From positions 9,120-73,119 of the IMG/VR virus record IMGVR_UViG_2907388146_000002: a stretch of 64,000 nucleotides of DNA; one strand, 5' to 3'. Numbering within the stretch: position 1 is the stretch's first letter; each line of letters begins with the position of its first letter. This DNA comes from a virus. Lineage: Duplodnaviria; Caudoviricetes. The position numbers and the translations under genes were made by a program. A model generated the notes under the pieces. The model saw only the letters and a list, made by a program, of their open reading frames with translations, made no database searches and was not told where the DNA came from. This document shows positions 1 through 8,412 of the stretch, one piece after another.

Positions 1-26
1 TCGTTTTTAGTTAAAATCCTTCTAGT

Positions 27-1127
27 TTATGTAAGATTTAATTTTGCAATACGCGCTCTGGTTTGTCCTCCGACTGTTGAGAAACCACCCGCTAACCACC
101 AAGTATTGTCATTTAGCGCATACGATGAATCCACACCTAAATCGACTCCACCCGCTGGATACCAGGGGAGTGTTCCGGCATTGACGGTACTGACTGCGGC
201 AATCCTATTCCTTGCCACTCCGTTCACAGTTGAAAATATTCCCGTTATGTATAACGTTGTGCCGTTTATCGCAAGTCCTGTTAGATTGCCTCCGTTTAGA
301 TCCGGGTACCAAGAAAGGATTGCTCCTGTCGTCGCATCAATCGCGGCAATTCCAAATCGTAATGTACTATTTAGAGAAATAAATGTCCCCCCAACATAGA
401 CCGTATTGCCACTTCGAAGAATGGCAAAGACGTAATTGTTTCCCGATCCATTTGTAGGATTCCATGCTAGAACGCTTCCTGTAGTCGGGTCAACAGCGGC
501 TAAAAGAGTTCTTGCCTGTCCTCCGACAGACGTGAATCCCCCACCTAAATAAAGGACTCCGTTACTTAAATACAAAACGTTTAAGGAAAAATTGACCCCA
601 CCTGTCGGATACCAAGCCAAGGTTGCTCCTGTATTTGTATCCACAGCTCCAATATTTGTTCGAGCCGTACCGCCAATTGATGAAAAGACTCCACCGATAT
701 ATAATGTAGTTCCGGATAAAACTAGGCACTTTCCTACTGTTAAACCGCCAAGTCCGCCTGCCGGATACCAAGACAAGACCGCACCCGTAGTTGCGTCTAA
801 CGCGACAATTCCGTTTCTCGTAACTCCTCCGATCGAAGTAAATGCACCGGCTACATAGAGAGTATTTCCATTCAAAGCCATTCCCAATACGTCTGAATTT
901 GCGCCACCTGTTGGATACCAAGACAGAACGTTTCCAGTGGTTGCATCAATGGCCGCAATTCGATTCCTTGTTTGTCCACCGATCGATGTGAAATATCCTC
1001 CTACATAGATTGTATTTCCGGATTGAACCATTGCTTTGATATAGTTCTGTACTCCTCCTGTAGGGTAAGCCGGATCTAAAATAGGCTTTGGAACTTGATT
1101 TTTAAAAAATCCGAAAGGAAGAAACAT
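27..1127 (-). CDS. Beta-propeller repeat protein, putative tail-fibre-associated receptor-binding protein
   Basis: About 7 repeats of ~49 aa (YVGGxFTSIGGxxRxxIAAxDxxTGxxLxWYP); last gene of the fibre cluster. Confidence 0.65.
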   Translation of the reverse strand: MFLPFGFFKNQVPKPILDPAYPTGGVQNYIKAMVQSGNTIYVGGYFTSIGGQTRNRIAAIDATTGNVLSWYPTGGANSDVLGMALNGNTLYVAGAFTSIGGVTRNGIVALDATTGAVLSWYPAGGLGGLTVGKCLVLSGTTLYIGGVFSSIGGTARTNIGAVDTNTGATLAWYPTGGVNFSLNVLYLSNGVLYLGGGFTSVGGQARTLLAAVDPTTGSVLAWNPTNGSGNNYVFAILRSGNTVYVGGTFISLNSTLRFGIAAIDATTGAILSWYPDLNGGNLTGLAINGTTLYITGIFSTVNGVARNRIAAVSTVNAGTLPWYPAGGVDLGVDSSYALNDNTWWLAGGFSTVGGQTRARIAKLNLT

Positions 1128-1131
1128 TCAT

Positions 1132-2496
1132 TTAACCCATGCTTAAAACAGCCGATCCAAAAATTTGACCATTGATTTTGATAAAAGTAAAAATATCTTT
1201 TCGAGAAGCTGTAGAAGTCGGGGTCGGGACTGTTGTCCCCGGCCAAAGAAAAGTTCCACCGGCCCATGTGATCGTATACGCAGAACCCGTGGATTCTAAG
1301 ACTACGTTTACAACTTCATTCTCTGTTAAATTTGAAAGTGTGATCGTTGCTGTTCCTCCTGTGATTCTGAATAGGTTTGCACTGGAACAATCGATAGTCT
1401 TACTCCCCGCAGTAAGAAGAGCGGTCGTCGGAGATGATTGTCTCACATAATCCGTGATTGTTTTCATTCCGGGTGTATTCAATGCACCTGGTGGAGGAAC
1501 TGTCTTTAGTCCGGTTGTGGTTGAGGAGTCATACGCGAGTAACTCGTTATCAGCACCGACTGGGAAGGCTACAAAGTTTCCCGATCCGTTGCGCGTTATT
1601 AATTGTCCTTTCGAGGTTATCGTTTTTTCTAAAGTATGAATAAGATCAATGTCTGTGCGAGTTCCTAAAAATAAACCTTGAGATTGTACAACATTTCCAT
1701 TGATAAGTCCGGAGGCTCCGTAATTTGTAACGTTTAAGGTTCCAGATGCGCTACTCTTGATTAAGTTTGTTTCAACATTACAAAGACCTGATAGAGTAAT
1801 GATCCCAAGAAGCCGGTTGTTTAAAGAAAATAGAGAGTCCCCAGGACCGACGATTTGGGAATTACACATAAAGATCGTTAAGGAGCCGGTATAAAAATCG
1901 ACTCCGTTCGAGGAAGTTCCATTGTATTGGATACTTGCGTCAATCATCGTGAACGCATTTGTCCCCGAGTTATCATTAAAATGAGATGCGAATTTGAGAT
2001 TTAATCCTCTGATCTCTAAAGGCCATGTACTCAGTAAGAATCCGGATGTGAATGAAACATCGGTATACGTTGCTTTTTTGTATCTTGGAAGAAGGATGAA
2101 TTCAGAAAAATTTATGTTATCGACCGGAATCACTATTTCTTGGAGAGAGTCGTCGAATTGAATGTATTTCAATCCTTGAATATTTTGTGTCGCGGACATC
2201 ATAGTCGTCCAGTCATTATATACGTTTCCGGATGGAGTCGTTTCTCCCGGTCGAAAGATAAATACGTTTCCTCCTCCGACAACCGGAGGCCGTTGACTTA
2301 GAGTTAAAATTCCATTGGAATCAAGAGTCGCAAGACCGTTTGGCACTCCCTTCGAAGAAACATTCAATTTTGTATTTAAAGAAGTTTGAAGCGTTGCGTC
2401 TGCGTTGACTCTGGCTGATACTTCCGCAGATACAAGATTGTCGGTGTATGCACGCAAGGCATTGTCTTTTAAATAATCATTTTTAAAAGATTTCAT
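1132..2496 (-). CDS. Putative tail fibre protein
   Basis: N-terminal KGVPNGLATLDSNG fibre motif; C-terminal ITW...FLWPGTTVPTPTSTASRKDIFTF domain typical of fibre ends. Confidence 0.65.
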   Translation of the reverse strand: MKSFKNDYLKDNALRAYTDNLVSAEVSARVNADATLQTSLNTKLNVSSKGVPNGLATLDSNGILTLSQRPPVVGGGNVFIFRPGETTPSGNVYNDWTTMMSATQNIQGLKYIQFDDSLQEIVIPVDNINFSEFILLPRYKKATYTDVSFTSGFLLSTWPLEIRGLNLKFASHFNDNSGTNAFTMIDASIQYNGTSSNGVDFYTGSLTIFMCNSQIVGPGDSLFSLNNRLLGIITLSGLCNVETNLIKSSASGTLNVTNYGASGLINGNVVQSQGLFLGTRTDIDLIHTLEKTITSKGQLITRNGSGNFVAFPVGADNELLAYDSSTTTGLKTVPPPGALNTPGMKTITDYVRQSSPTTALLTAGSKTIDCSSANLFRITGGTATITLSNLTENEVVNVVLESTGSAYTITWAGGTFLWPGTTVPTPTSTASRKDIFTFIKINGQIFGSAVLSMG

Positions 2497-4004
2497 TTGT
2501 GCTCAACCTTGAACCTGACTGCGCGTATTTGAAAGAGCGAATTCCCACTGAATTGAACTGACACAAGACCTGAATCGTTATAAAAGAGTGTGTTCGCACC
2601 TCCCGAAGTTGAAAAAGAAAACCATTTCCCGGACCCATCACTCACAGAAGCGATCACAGATAAAATATTGTTCCCGAGACCCGTAGAAACAGAACAAAGA
2701 CCGGACGAATCGGTTGTCCCTTCAAACCATGCGTTTTTTACAAGGGTACCTACAGAAGCATTTCCAACTCCTTCTTGCATCGTGCCGACTAACGCAACAC
2801 TTTGAAGAATCGTTAAATCTTTTGTGTCGGCGTATTCTTTAACCGCTCTTGCGGAAGGAGAAAGAGAGGTTTCAGTAAAAAGGGGAGAATCAGTGATAAA
2901 ACCACTGGAAGGAGAAACGTTGTTATACGCAGGAATAGAAAGAAAATACCAACTTCCTTTTTGAGCGGAGTAAGCAAGTTCCCAATATCCACCGTCTAAA
3001 TCTAATTGCCAATCTTCAGGCAGATCCTCAATCAGTTGGCCGTTTCTTAAAACAGTGATAGTGTGAGTTCCGGCTAGATTCGAAATGTCTAAAATTCCAA
3101 CGACTACGTTGTCATCTGGACTTAGTGGAAGAGTAATTGAAATACCTCCTCCGGAGATGTCGCATAACACGCGTTCATATTTGGAAGCCGAATATGAACC
3201 GCTTTGAAGTAGTGAATTTTTAAGAGATCCAAAATTCGTTCTCCAAGTTCCGTCTCCGGATAAGAAACGTTCTCTGTCTACAATGAGTGGAACGGGTACT
3301 AAACCTTTCGCTCCGTCGATCGTATTAGTCGCACCGATGAAAGGATCATCTAAGGCAATCGTTCCGTTCTTATCAGGTAAAAAATAAGATTTAGCGGCCG
3401 TCGCAAGGGAACGAATCACACTTACTATCGAGCTATTTGAAACTAGCTGTATTCCTGGATTTCCGGGATCATTCGAAAGCCCTGGAAATCCATTCCCCAA
3501 ATTTTTTTCAGAACGTAATTGATATTGTGGATGATCGTCGTTAGACGCTAAACCTAAAAGTTGGGAATGCTGTTGTATGCGAGCTGTAGTTTTTAACCAC
3601 CTACCCGGATTCGGTAATACTATATCATTGGGAATAATACTTCTAGTTACGTCTTGCGGATCGGGTACAGCGGCAGTTGATTCGGAATCGAATTGATAAA
3701 ATGCGAGTTCATCCTCTACCTCTCTAATCTGTTTATCTTTTCGATCGAAGGAAGAAATCGCTCTTAGATCCGCTAAAGATTGAACGTGCGTATTCCAATT
3801 AGAAAGAACTTGTTGTTTGATCCAGTCTAGGTTGACTGCGTCATTTCCAAATTGAGGCGCGGCAACTCTCAGAGTTCCAAAATCGGAATCATCCGGAAGG
3901 CGTATGTCCAAACCGGAAGATGATCCTTTGATATGAGGACCACCCTTTCCGATTCGAACTTGGTTTCCAATCCCTTTGAGTAAGAAATCAAAAACAGAAT
4001 TCAT
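2493..4004 (-). CDS. Putative tail fibre protein (503 aa)
   Basis: Start reassigned to the ATG overlapping the upstream stop (TAATG at 4002-4006); fibre motifs HSQLLGLASNDDHPQY, GAKGLVPVP...FLSGDGTW and a T4 gp34-like ITLP repeat. Confidence 0.7.
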   Translation of the reverse strand: MNSVFDFLLKGIGNQVRIGKGGPHIKGSSSGLDIRLPDDSDFGTLRVAAPQFGNDAVNLDWIKQQVLSNWNTHVQSLADLRAISSFDRKDKQIREVEDELAFYQFDSESTAAVPDPQDVTRSIIPNDIVLPNPGRWLKTTARIQQHSQLLGLASNDDHPQYQLRSEKNLGNGFPGLSNDPGNPGIQLVSNSSIVSVIRSLATAAKSYFLPDKNGTIALDDPFIGATNTIDGAKGLVPVPLIVDRERFLSGDGTWRTNFGSLKNSLLQSGSYSASKYERVLCDISGGGISITLPLSPDDNVVVGILDISNLAGTHTITVLRNGQLIEDLPEDWQLDLDGGYWELAYSAQKGSWYFLSIPAYNNVSPSSGFITDSPLFTETSLSPSARAVKEYADTKDLTILQSVALVGTMQEGVGNASVGTLVKNAWFEGTTDSSGLCSVSTGLGNNILSVIASVSDGSGKWFSFSTSGGANTLFYNDSGLVSVQFSGNSLFQIRAVRFKVEHK

Positions 4005-4393
4005 TATCCCAAATAAACTTCTACTAAAACTTGATTCGTATCGTAGGTGGTTGCGACTCTCAAAGAGGTAAGTCCTCCGGTCCAAGCCATAAACCCTTGA
4101 GGTAAAGGATGGTCGATCGCGGATCCGTTTATACGAACAATAATTGGCGCGGGATCGTCTTTTTTTACACCGATCGCTGTGTCATCGGCGAGGTAAGTTG
4201 CAAGAATGAGAACGTATTTAAACTGAATCCCTGTAGGAATCGGGATCGTAACTAAATTGTCTGTTTGTTTGAAAGCCTTAGTAAGTTTTTGAGGTTGTTG
4301 AACCTGGAATTCTTGAGCGAATTCTTCAACCTCTCTTTCGATTGCAACGCCGGTTCTATTGAATAACTGAAAAAGGACACGATGTATTTCCAT
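4004..4393 (-). CDS. Hypothetical virion-module protein
   Basis: 129-aa ORF with AGAGGA upstream, coupled to the fibre gene. Confidence 0.7.
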   Translation of the reverse strand: MEIHRVLFQLFNRTGVAIEREVEEFAQEFQVQQPQKLTKAFKQTDNLVTIPIPTGIQFKYVLILATYLADDTAIGVKKDDPAPIIVRINGSAIDHPLPQGFMAWTGGLTSLRVATTYDTNQVLVEVYLG

Positions 4394-4399
4394 TCCTCT

Positions 4400-4425
4400 A
4401 TTTTGAAGTGGAATAAAATATCGGA
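4400..4425 (-). promoter_or_regulatory. Putative late promoter TCCGAT-N14-CAAAAT
   Basis: Copy of the recurrent motif; 6 nt between hexamer and ATG. Confidence 0.55.
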
Positions 4426-4434
4426 GTAGTTAGG

Positions 4435-6150
4435 CTATTTAGATCGTACCAAAAGTCCTGCTGGATTTGTGAGAGTCGCGAGTTTTCCAAGACCGCCCAT
4501 CATGTCTCCTAAAGCTCCACCGAAATCTCCTTTAGCAAGTTTGTCTATAGTTCCGACAAGCGAAGTGATTTGTCCGGAGATTACAGGAATTACAGACTTT
4601 TCAATATTTGAGACTGTCGTTGCTAAACTTTGCATCGCGCCCTTGTTTTCGTTGAATAAATCAATCATCGCTTTATTCATATCGTATCCTATTTGTGCGG
4701 CTTGTGCTCCAACGTCGGTCGCAAAGGTTTCTTTTTTTGCATTATCGAGACTAAGTCCCTTGTTAAACCCTGCGTCAATTTTTGAGTTATCTGATTTGAT
4801 GTCGTTGTATCCGAATTTCATTCCGGCCATCTCGGAAAAACTTCCACCTTGAAGTTTGTTTACTAGTCCGCGAGTCGTTGCATCGAGTCCGCTCATTGCC
4901 GAAGACATATATTTTCCGGGACTTAGTTCGGATTCTCTGATTGCTTTTATCACGTCTCCACCGTTTGCTTTCAATGCTTCTGCCATGGAAAGGGATCCAA
5001 AAACTCCCCCTCCAAAAGCCCCTTGTCTTCCTTGATCGGAAAGCTGTTCGGACAGTGCCATACGTCTTGAAGGATCTATATTGATTCCGTCTGTTCTTTG
5101 CATACCGGCTGAGAATTTAGCGTAGTCGCTTATATCTCCTGAAAATCCTTTCCCTCTTAAATTTTCAGAAATGGTCGCGAGTTTTGAGATATATTCGGAT
5201 TGTCTCAAACCCTGAAATCCCGAAGCCGAAGCACCTCCGCGTAGAAATCCAATGTCTGCATTTTTTGAATCTTTTCGAATCGTCTCTAACTCTTTAACAA
5301 CCTCAGCGATTCCTTTACCTTGAGAGGCGGCAAATATCATTGTTTTAGAATCAATTTGGTTTCCTTTCCCAAAAATATTTTCACCTGTTACTCGACCCCT
5401 TGTTACGTTTGCTTGTGCGAGCTCTGAGTTTGCGAAGTGCCCTCCTCCACCCCCAACGTAACCGCCGGTCGCGCCTATTGTTCCGGACTGACTTTGCATA
5501 GCGGCGTGATACTGTTCCCCGATTGCAGAGATTGTTTTTAAAACTCCTCCCGCAATTGCAAAAGCGGCTCCGGCGATCGGAATCGCGGCTCCCATGAGTG
5601 AAAAATTATTTCCTCTGACAGAACCTCCGTCGCCTCCTGATCCACCCCCTCCTACAGATCCCGGAATTCCTGAGAGACCACCTTTATCAAAATTTGCATG
5701 TTGGATTTTAATTTCGGCTTTTTGAAGTTGAAGCTGTTTTGCGGAGGTGAGACCGATTCCACTTGGATTCGAATTAGGAGAAGACTCTTCCTCTTCGCCG
5801 TCTTTCTTCTTTTTCTTTTTTCGAAATAGTTCGCGACCGGCAGAAATCTTCTTATCAAGAGTATTAAAAAAACCACCGTTTTGAGTTTCGTCTAAATCAG
5901 ATCCATCGGCTCCCACTTTCGAAGCCATAGCACTTCCACCGGCATACCGGGATGCGGCCTCGAGTTTCTTTTTTTCAGAACTTCTGCCACCGTTTCCGCT
6001 CCCACTGGAAGATCCTTTTTTTTCTGGAACTTTCCCGCGACCGAATACAGGAATTCCTTTTTTCCCCTTTTTTGCAATTCGGTCGTATTCTTTTTCTACT
6101 GACTTGAAGTCAGGCGTTGCCTTGACTTTTATATTTAAGGATTCAGCCAT
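4435..6150 (-). CDS. Tape-measure-like protein
   Basis: Gly/Ala-rich helical protein with an N-terminal LNIKVKA motif, downstream of tube and chaperone genes. Confidence 0.55.
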   Translation of the reverse strand: MAESLNIKVKATPDFKSVEKEYDRIAKKGKKGIPVFGRGKVPEKKGSSSGSGNGGRSSEKKKLEAASRYAGGSAMASKVGADGSDLDETQNGGFFNTLDKKISAGRELFRKKKKKKDGEEEESSPNSNPSGIGLTSAKQLQLQKAEIKIQHANFDKGGLSGIPGSVGGGGSGGDGGSVRGNNFSLMGAAIPIAGAAFAIAGGVLKTISAIGEQYHAAMQSQSGTIGATGGYVGGGGGHFANSELAQANVTRGRVTGENIFGKGNQIDSKTMIFAASQGKGIAEVVKELETIRKDSKNADIGFLRGGASASGFQGLRQSEYISKLATISENLRGKGFSGDISDYAKFSAGMQRTDGINIDPSRRMALSEQLSDQGRQGAFGGGVFGSLSMAEALKANGGDVIKAIRESELSPGKYMSSAMSGLDATTRGLVNKLQGGSFSEMAGMKFGYNDIKSDNSKIDAGFNKGLSLDNAKKETFATDVGAQAAQIGYDMNKAMIDLFNENKGAMQSLATTVSNIEKSVIPVISGQITSLVGTIDKLAKGDFGGALGDMMGGLGKLATLTNPAGLLVRSK

Positions 6151-6517
6151 AGAACTTTAATTCGCTATCGATTCTGTCTAAAAGTTCTTTTCGTTTTAAT
6201 TCCCCTTCACTCGTGAGCATGTCTTGTGAGTACCCGGCCTCTGCCTCCAGGATATGAGCCATTGCTGGGCTTATATTCTCTAGGAATTCCATCGGTTTCA
6301 TCTTCAGAACTTGGCGTTTCTGAGACTTTAGTTTCGATCTCATTAGAAGATTCGGAAGGTCTAATCTGGCTGTCGCTTCGAGGATGAATCTCTTTTGTTC
6401 GAGAAACAGATTTCCCAAATGAGTAACCCCTTTCGGAAGTATTTTCATCTGGTTCATAAGAAATAGGTCGAGAAGATTCTCTTCGTCGTTCAGTGCGTCG
6501 AGCGTCCCTATTTTTTT
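6143..6517 (-). CDS. Tail assembly chaperone downstream (gpT-like) reading frame, probably reached by frameshifting
   Basis: Frame is open from the A9 run (6511-6519) and reads IGTLDALNDEENLLDLFLMNQMK...; it ends overlapping the tape-measure start. Confidence 0.6.
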   Translation of the reverse strand, partial: KKIGTLDALNDEENLLDLFLMNQMKILPKGVTHLGNLFLEQKRFILEATARLDLPNLLMRSKLKSQKRQVLKMKPMEFLENISPAMAHILEAEAGYSQDMLTSEGELKRKELLDRIDSELKFYG

Positions 6518-6854
6518 TTAACTCTGATTTAAACCAGTTCTCTTTTCTTTCGTATTCTTTGAAGAGTCTGATCACAAACTCTTTGTCTCTTATCTGTTCA
6601 AAGGTTTGAATGTCAGGAATTGGAAAGGATTCCGGAATATCCTTTATTACATGGTTTAAAGTAGCGATTGCGTAGATATATCCGTAAGTTGTGTTTGGAA
6701 TTGATTCAAGCGATGCCCCGTTTAATCGTTTCGCAACAGCGATTTCAATATCGAGTTCAGTACTTGGATCTGCGATATCCGCTTCGAATTTGTAAGAGTC
6801 GCCTTCGTATTTTACATTCAGGACCACTCTCTTGTTAGGTTCAAGAATTCTCAT
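6207..6854 (-). CDS. Tail assembly chaperone (gpG-like)
   Basis: Position between tube and tape measure; ordered-looking first ~113 aa end at an A-run, followed by a low-complexity polar tail. Confidence 0.6.
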   Translation of the reverse strand: MRILEPNKRVVLNVKYEGDSYKFEADIADPSTELDIEIAVAKRLNGASLESIPNTTYGYIYAIATLNHVIKDIPESFPIPDIQTFEQIRDKEFVIRLFKEYERKENWFKSELKKNRDARRTERRRESSRPISYEPDENTSERGYSFGKSVSRTKEIHPRSDSQIRPSESSNEIETKVSETPSSEDETDGIPREYKPSNGSYPGGRGRVLTRHAHE

Positions 6855-6861
6855 TCTCCAA

Positions 6862-6887
6862 ATTTTAGGGAGTATTCAGGTATCGGA
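6862..6887 (-). promoter_or_regulatory. Putative late promoter TCCGAT-N14-TAAAAT
   Basis: Motif copy; 7 nt to ATG. Confidence 0.6.
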
Positions 6888-6946
6888 AAAGTATATCGCC
6901 CCTTTAGGGCGCGCGGGCTATTTCGAAAGAGGTAGCCCTTGCTTTA

Positions 6947-7480
6947 TTAGGAATTTCTAAGTGACAATTCGTAATCCTTCAAATCAAAATATAGGAAAAC
7001 ATTCCTACTATTTGGAAGTTCATCTTCTTCATAGTGTATAAATTGATTTTTCTCATAAAAAGAAACCGCATCTCTTCTCGAATGGACAATAATAAAGCGG
7101 CACCCTGTTTTGTTTTTTGTAATAAACCAAGTCTTGATTAAATCTATAGCAATTCTTCCATATCCTTGATTACGAAATTCAGAATGCGTTGCAAACTTTC
7201 CAATCAATACAGCAGGATAGACTTTGTGCCTTGCATTAGGTACAATTAGACTTTCAATGTCGATTGAGGTTTTGATAGCGTTGTTGCTGAGGGAGAAACC
7301 AACCAAGGGAGATTCGATTCCGTTCTTATGAAGGAAGTAAGTTTTTGCGGTTAATTCTTCTTCATTATCTTTGGCATGTTCTTTAAAATATTTTTCTAAA
7401 TCTCGATCACAATTAAACTTTTCGAGATTTGTATCAAAAATGTTTTTAAGATAGAAATCTCCGAAACTTGGTAGATCCAC
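6947..7480 (-). CDS. GNAT-family acetyltransferase, putative toxin
   Basis: YPAVLIGKFATHSEFRNQGYGR acetyl-CoA-binding motif and GCRFIIVHSRRDAVSFYEKNQF; GTG start 7 nt after the partner stop codon. Confidence 0.8.
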   Translation of the reverse strand: MDLPSFGDFYLKNIFDTNLEKFNCDRDLEKYFKEHAKDNEEELTAKTYFLHKNGIESPLVGFSLSNNAIKTSIDIESLIVPNARHKVYPAVLIGKFATHSEFRNQGYGRIAIDLIKTWFITKNKTGCRFIIVHSRRDAVSFYEKNQFIHYEEDELPNSRNVFLYFDLKDYELSLRNS

Positions 7481-7487
7481 GAGGAAA

Positions 7488-7646
7488 TTATTTTTGTTTA
7501 TTTTTTTCTGAAAGAGCTGAATATATTTTTTTTTGCTGTTCAGACACAACTAGCACAGGACGTTCTGAAGAGTCCGCTCTTTCAATGAAACGTTTTGCTT
7601 TCTCGCCTGTTAGCGTTGGAATTTTTTGAATTGGAGTCGCTGCCAT
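7488..7646 (-). CDS. Small putative antitoxin (52 aa)
   Basis: MAATPIQKIPTLTGEKAKRFIERA immediately upstream of the GNAT gene, in TA-like order. Confidence 0.6.
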   Translation of the reverse strand: MAATPIQKIPTLTGEKAKRFIERADSSERPVLVVSEQQKKIYSALSEKNKQK

Positions 7647-7978
7647 TTTTTGCTCTTTATTATTAGAATCGGACCAAACTGGAAAAGACAAAAGGATCCA
7701 AAACTTTTAGAAATTTTCCCTAATACCAGCTTGCGACTACTAAACTTTTGTTTATTAATATCCGTCTACTTCCAAAGATCAACCTGTTCTCCTTTTTTGC
7801 CAACTAATAAATTGCCTATTACTTGGTCCTATAAAAACAGTCATCCGAAAAGAAATTTCGCATCTATACTCAAAATCATTAAACATTTTGAATTCAGTTT
7901 ATCTACAGTTAAGAACCTATTAAGGGTTATCTTAGATAATTGAGCAGAATTTTGTTAAAGGGACCATTCTAAATTCTT

Positions 7979-8410
7979 CTAATTGAATGCTTCCATTGGC
8001 TCCCAATCGATTAACTCAAATTCGACTTCTCTTCCGGAGAATTCATTATTGTTTAACCCAAAACCGTCTGTGTTCACGGCTCCTGTGAGTAACCCAACGC
8101 GTTTTCCGGAAGTTTTATCTATGACTAAAATATCATAGAGATCATCCGCGTGTTCGTCGCTATGAGTGTCAATTACGACAACTCCTTCGACTGGAGTTCT
8201 GAGTATATGAAACTCACCCGACGCTGTTCCTTGCCATGCGAGAGATTTTAAACCTCGCGGTTTTCTGTATCCAAGAGCTTGAATTCTTTCAACGTTATTG
8301 TTGACATTCACTCTTAACGATTTCATAAAACCGACAGCAGAACCGTTTATTTTAACGATCGCGTCGTTACCTGTGAGTACGGCCGGGTTAGGTCGTGCGC
8401 TCTTAGCCAT
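7979..8410 (-). CDS. Tail tube protein
   Basis: 143 aa, directly after the sheath gene, beta-rich tube-like sequence. Confidence 0.8.
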   Translation of the reverse strand: MAKSARPNPAVLTGNDAIVKINGSAVGFMKSLRVNVNNNVERIQALGYRKPRGLKSLAWQGTASGEFHILRTPVEGVVVIDTHSDEHADDLYDILVIDKTSGKRVGLLTGAVNTDGFGLNNNEFSGREVEFELIDWEPMEAFN

Positions 8411-8412
8411 TC

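Noticed and set aside
27-1127. Periodic GGATACCA-type repeats resembling a CRISPR or tandem array
   Set aside because: They are the codons of the WYP motif in propeller blades (~147-nt period inside an ORF); no cas genes
1-4004. Diversity-generating retroelement or invertible fibre switch
   Set aside because: No reverse transcriptase, template/variable repeat pair or recombinase seen in the window
7667-7673. CCGAT upstream of the antitoxin gene
   Set aside because: Hexamer position reads GCAAAA, which does not fit the motif
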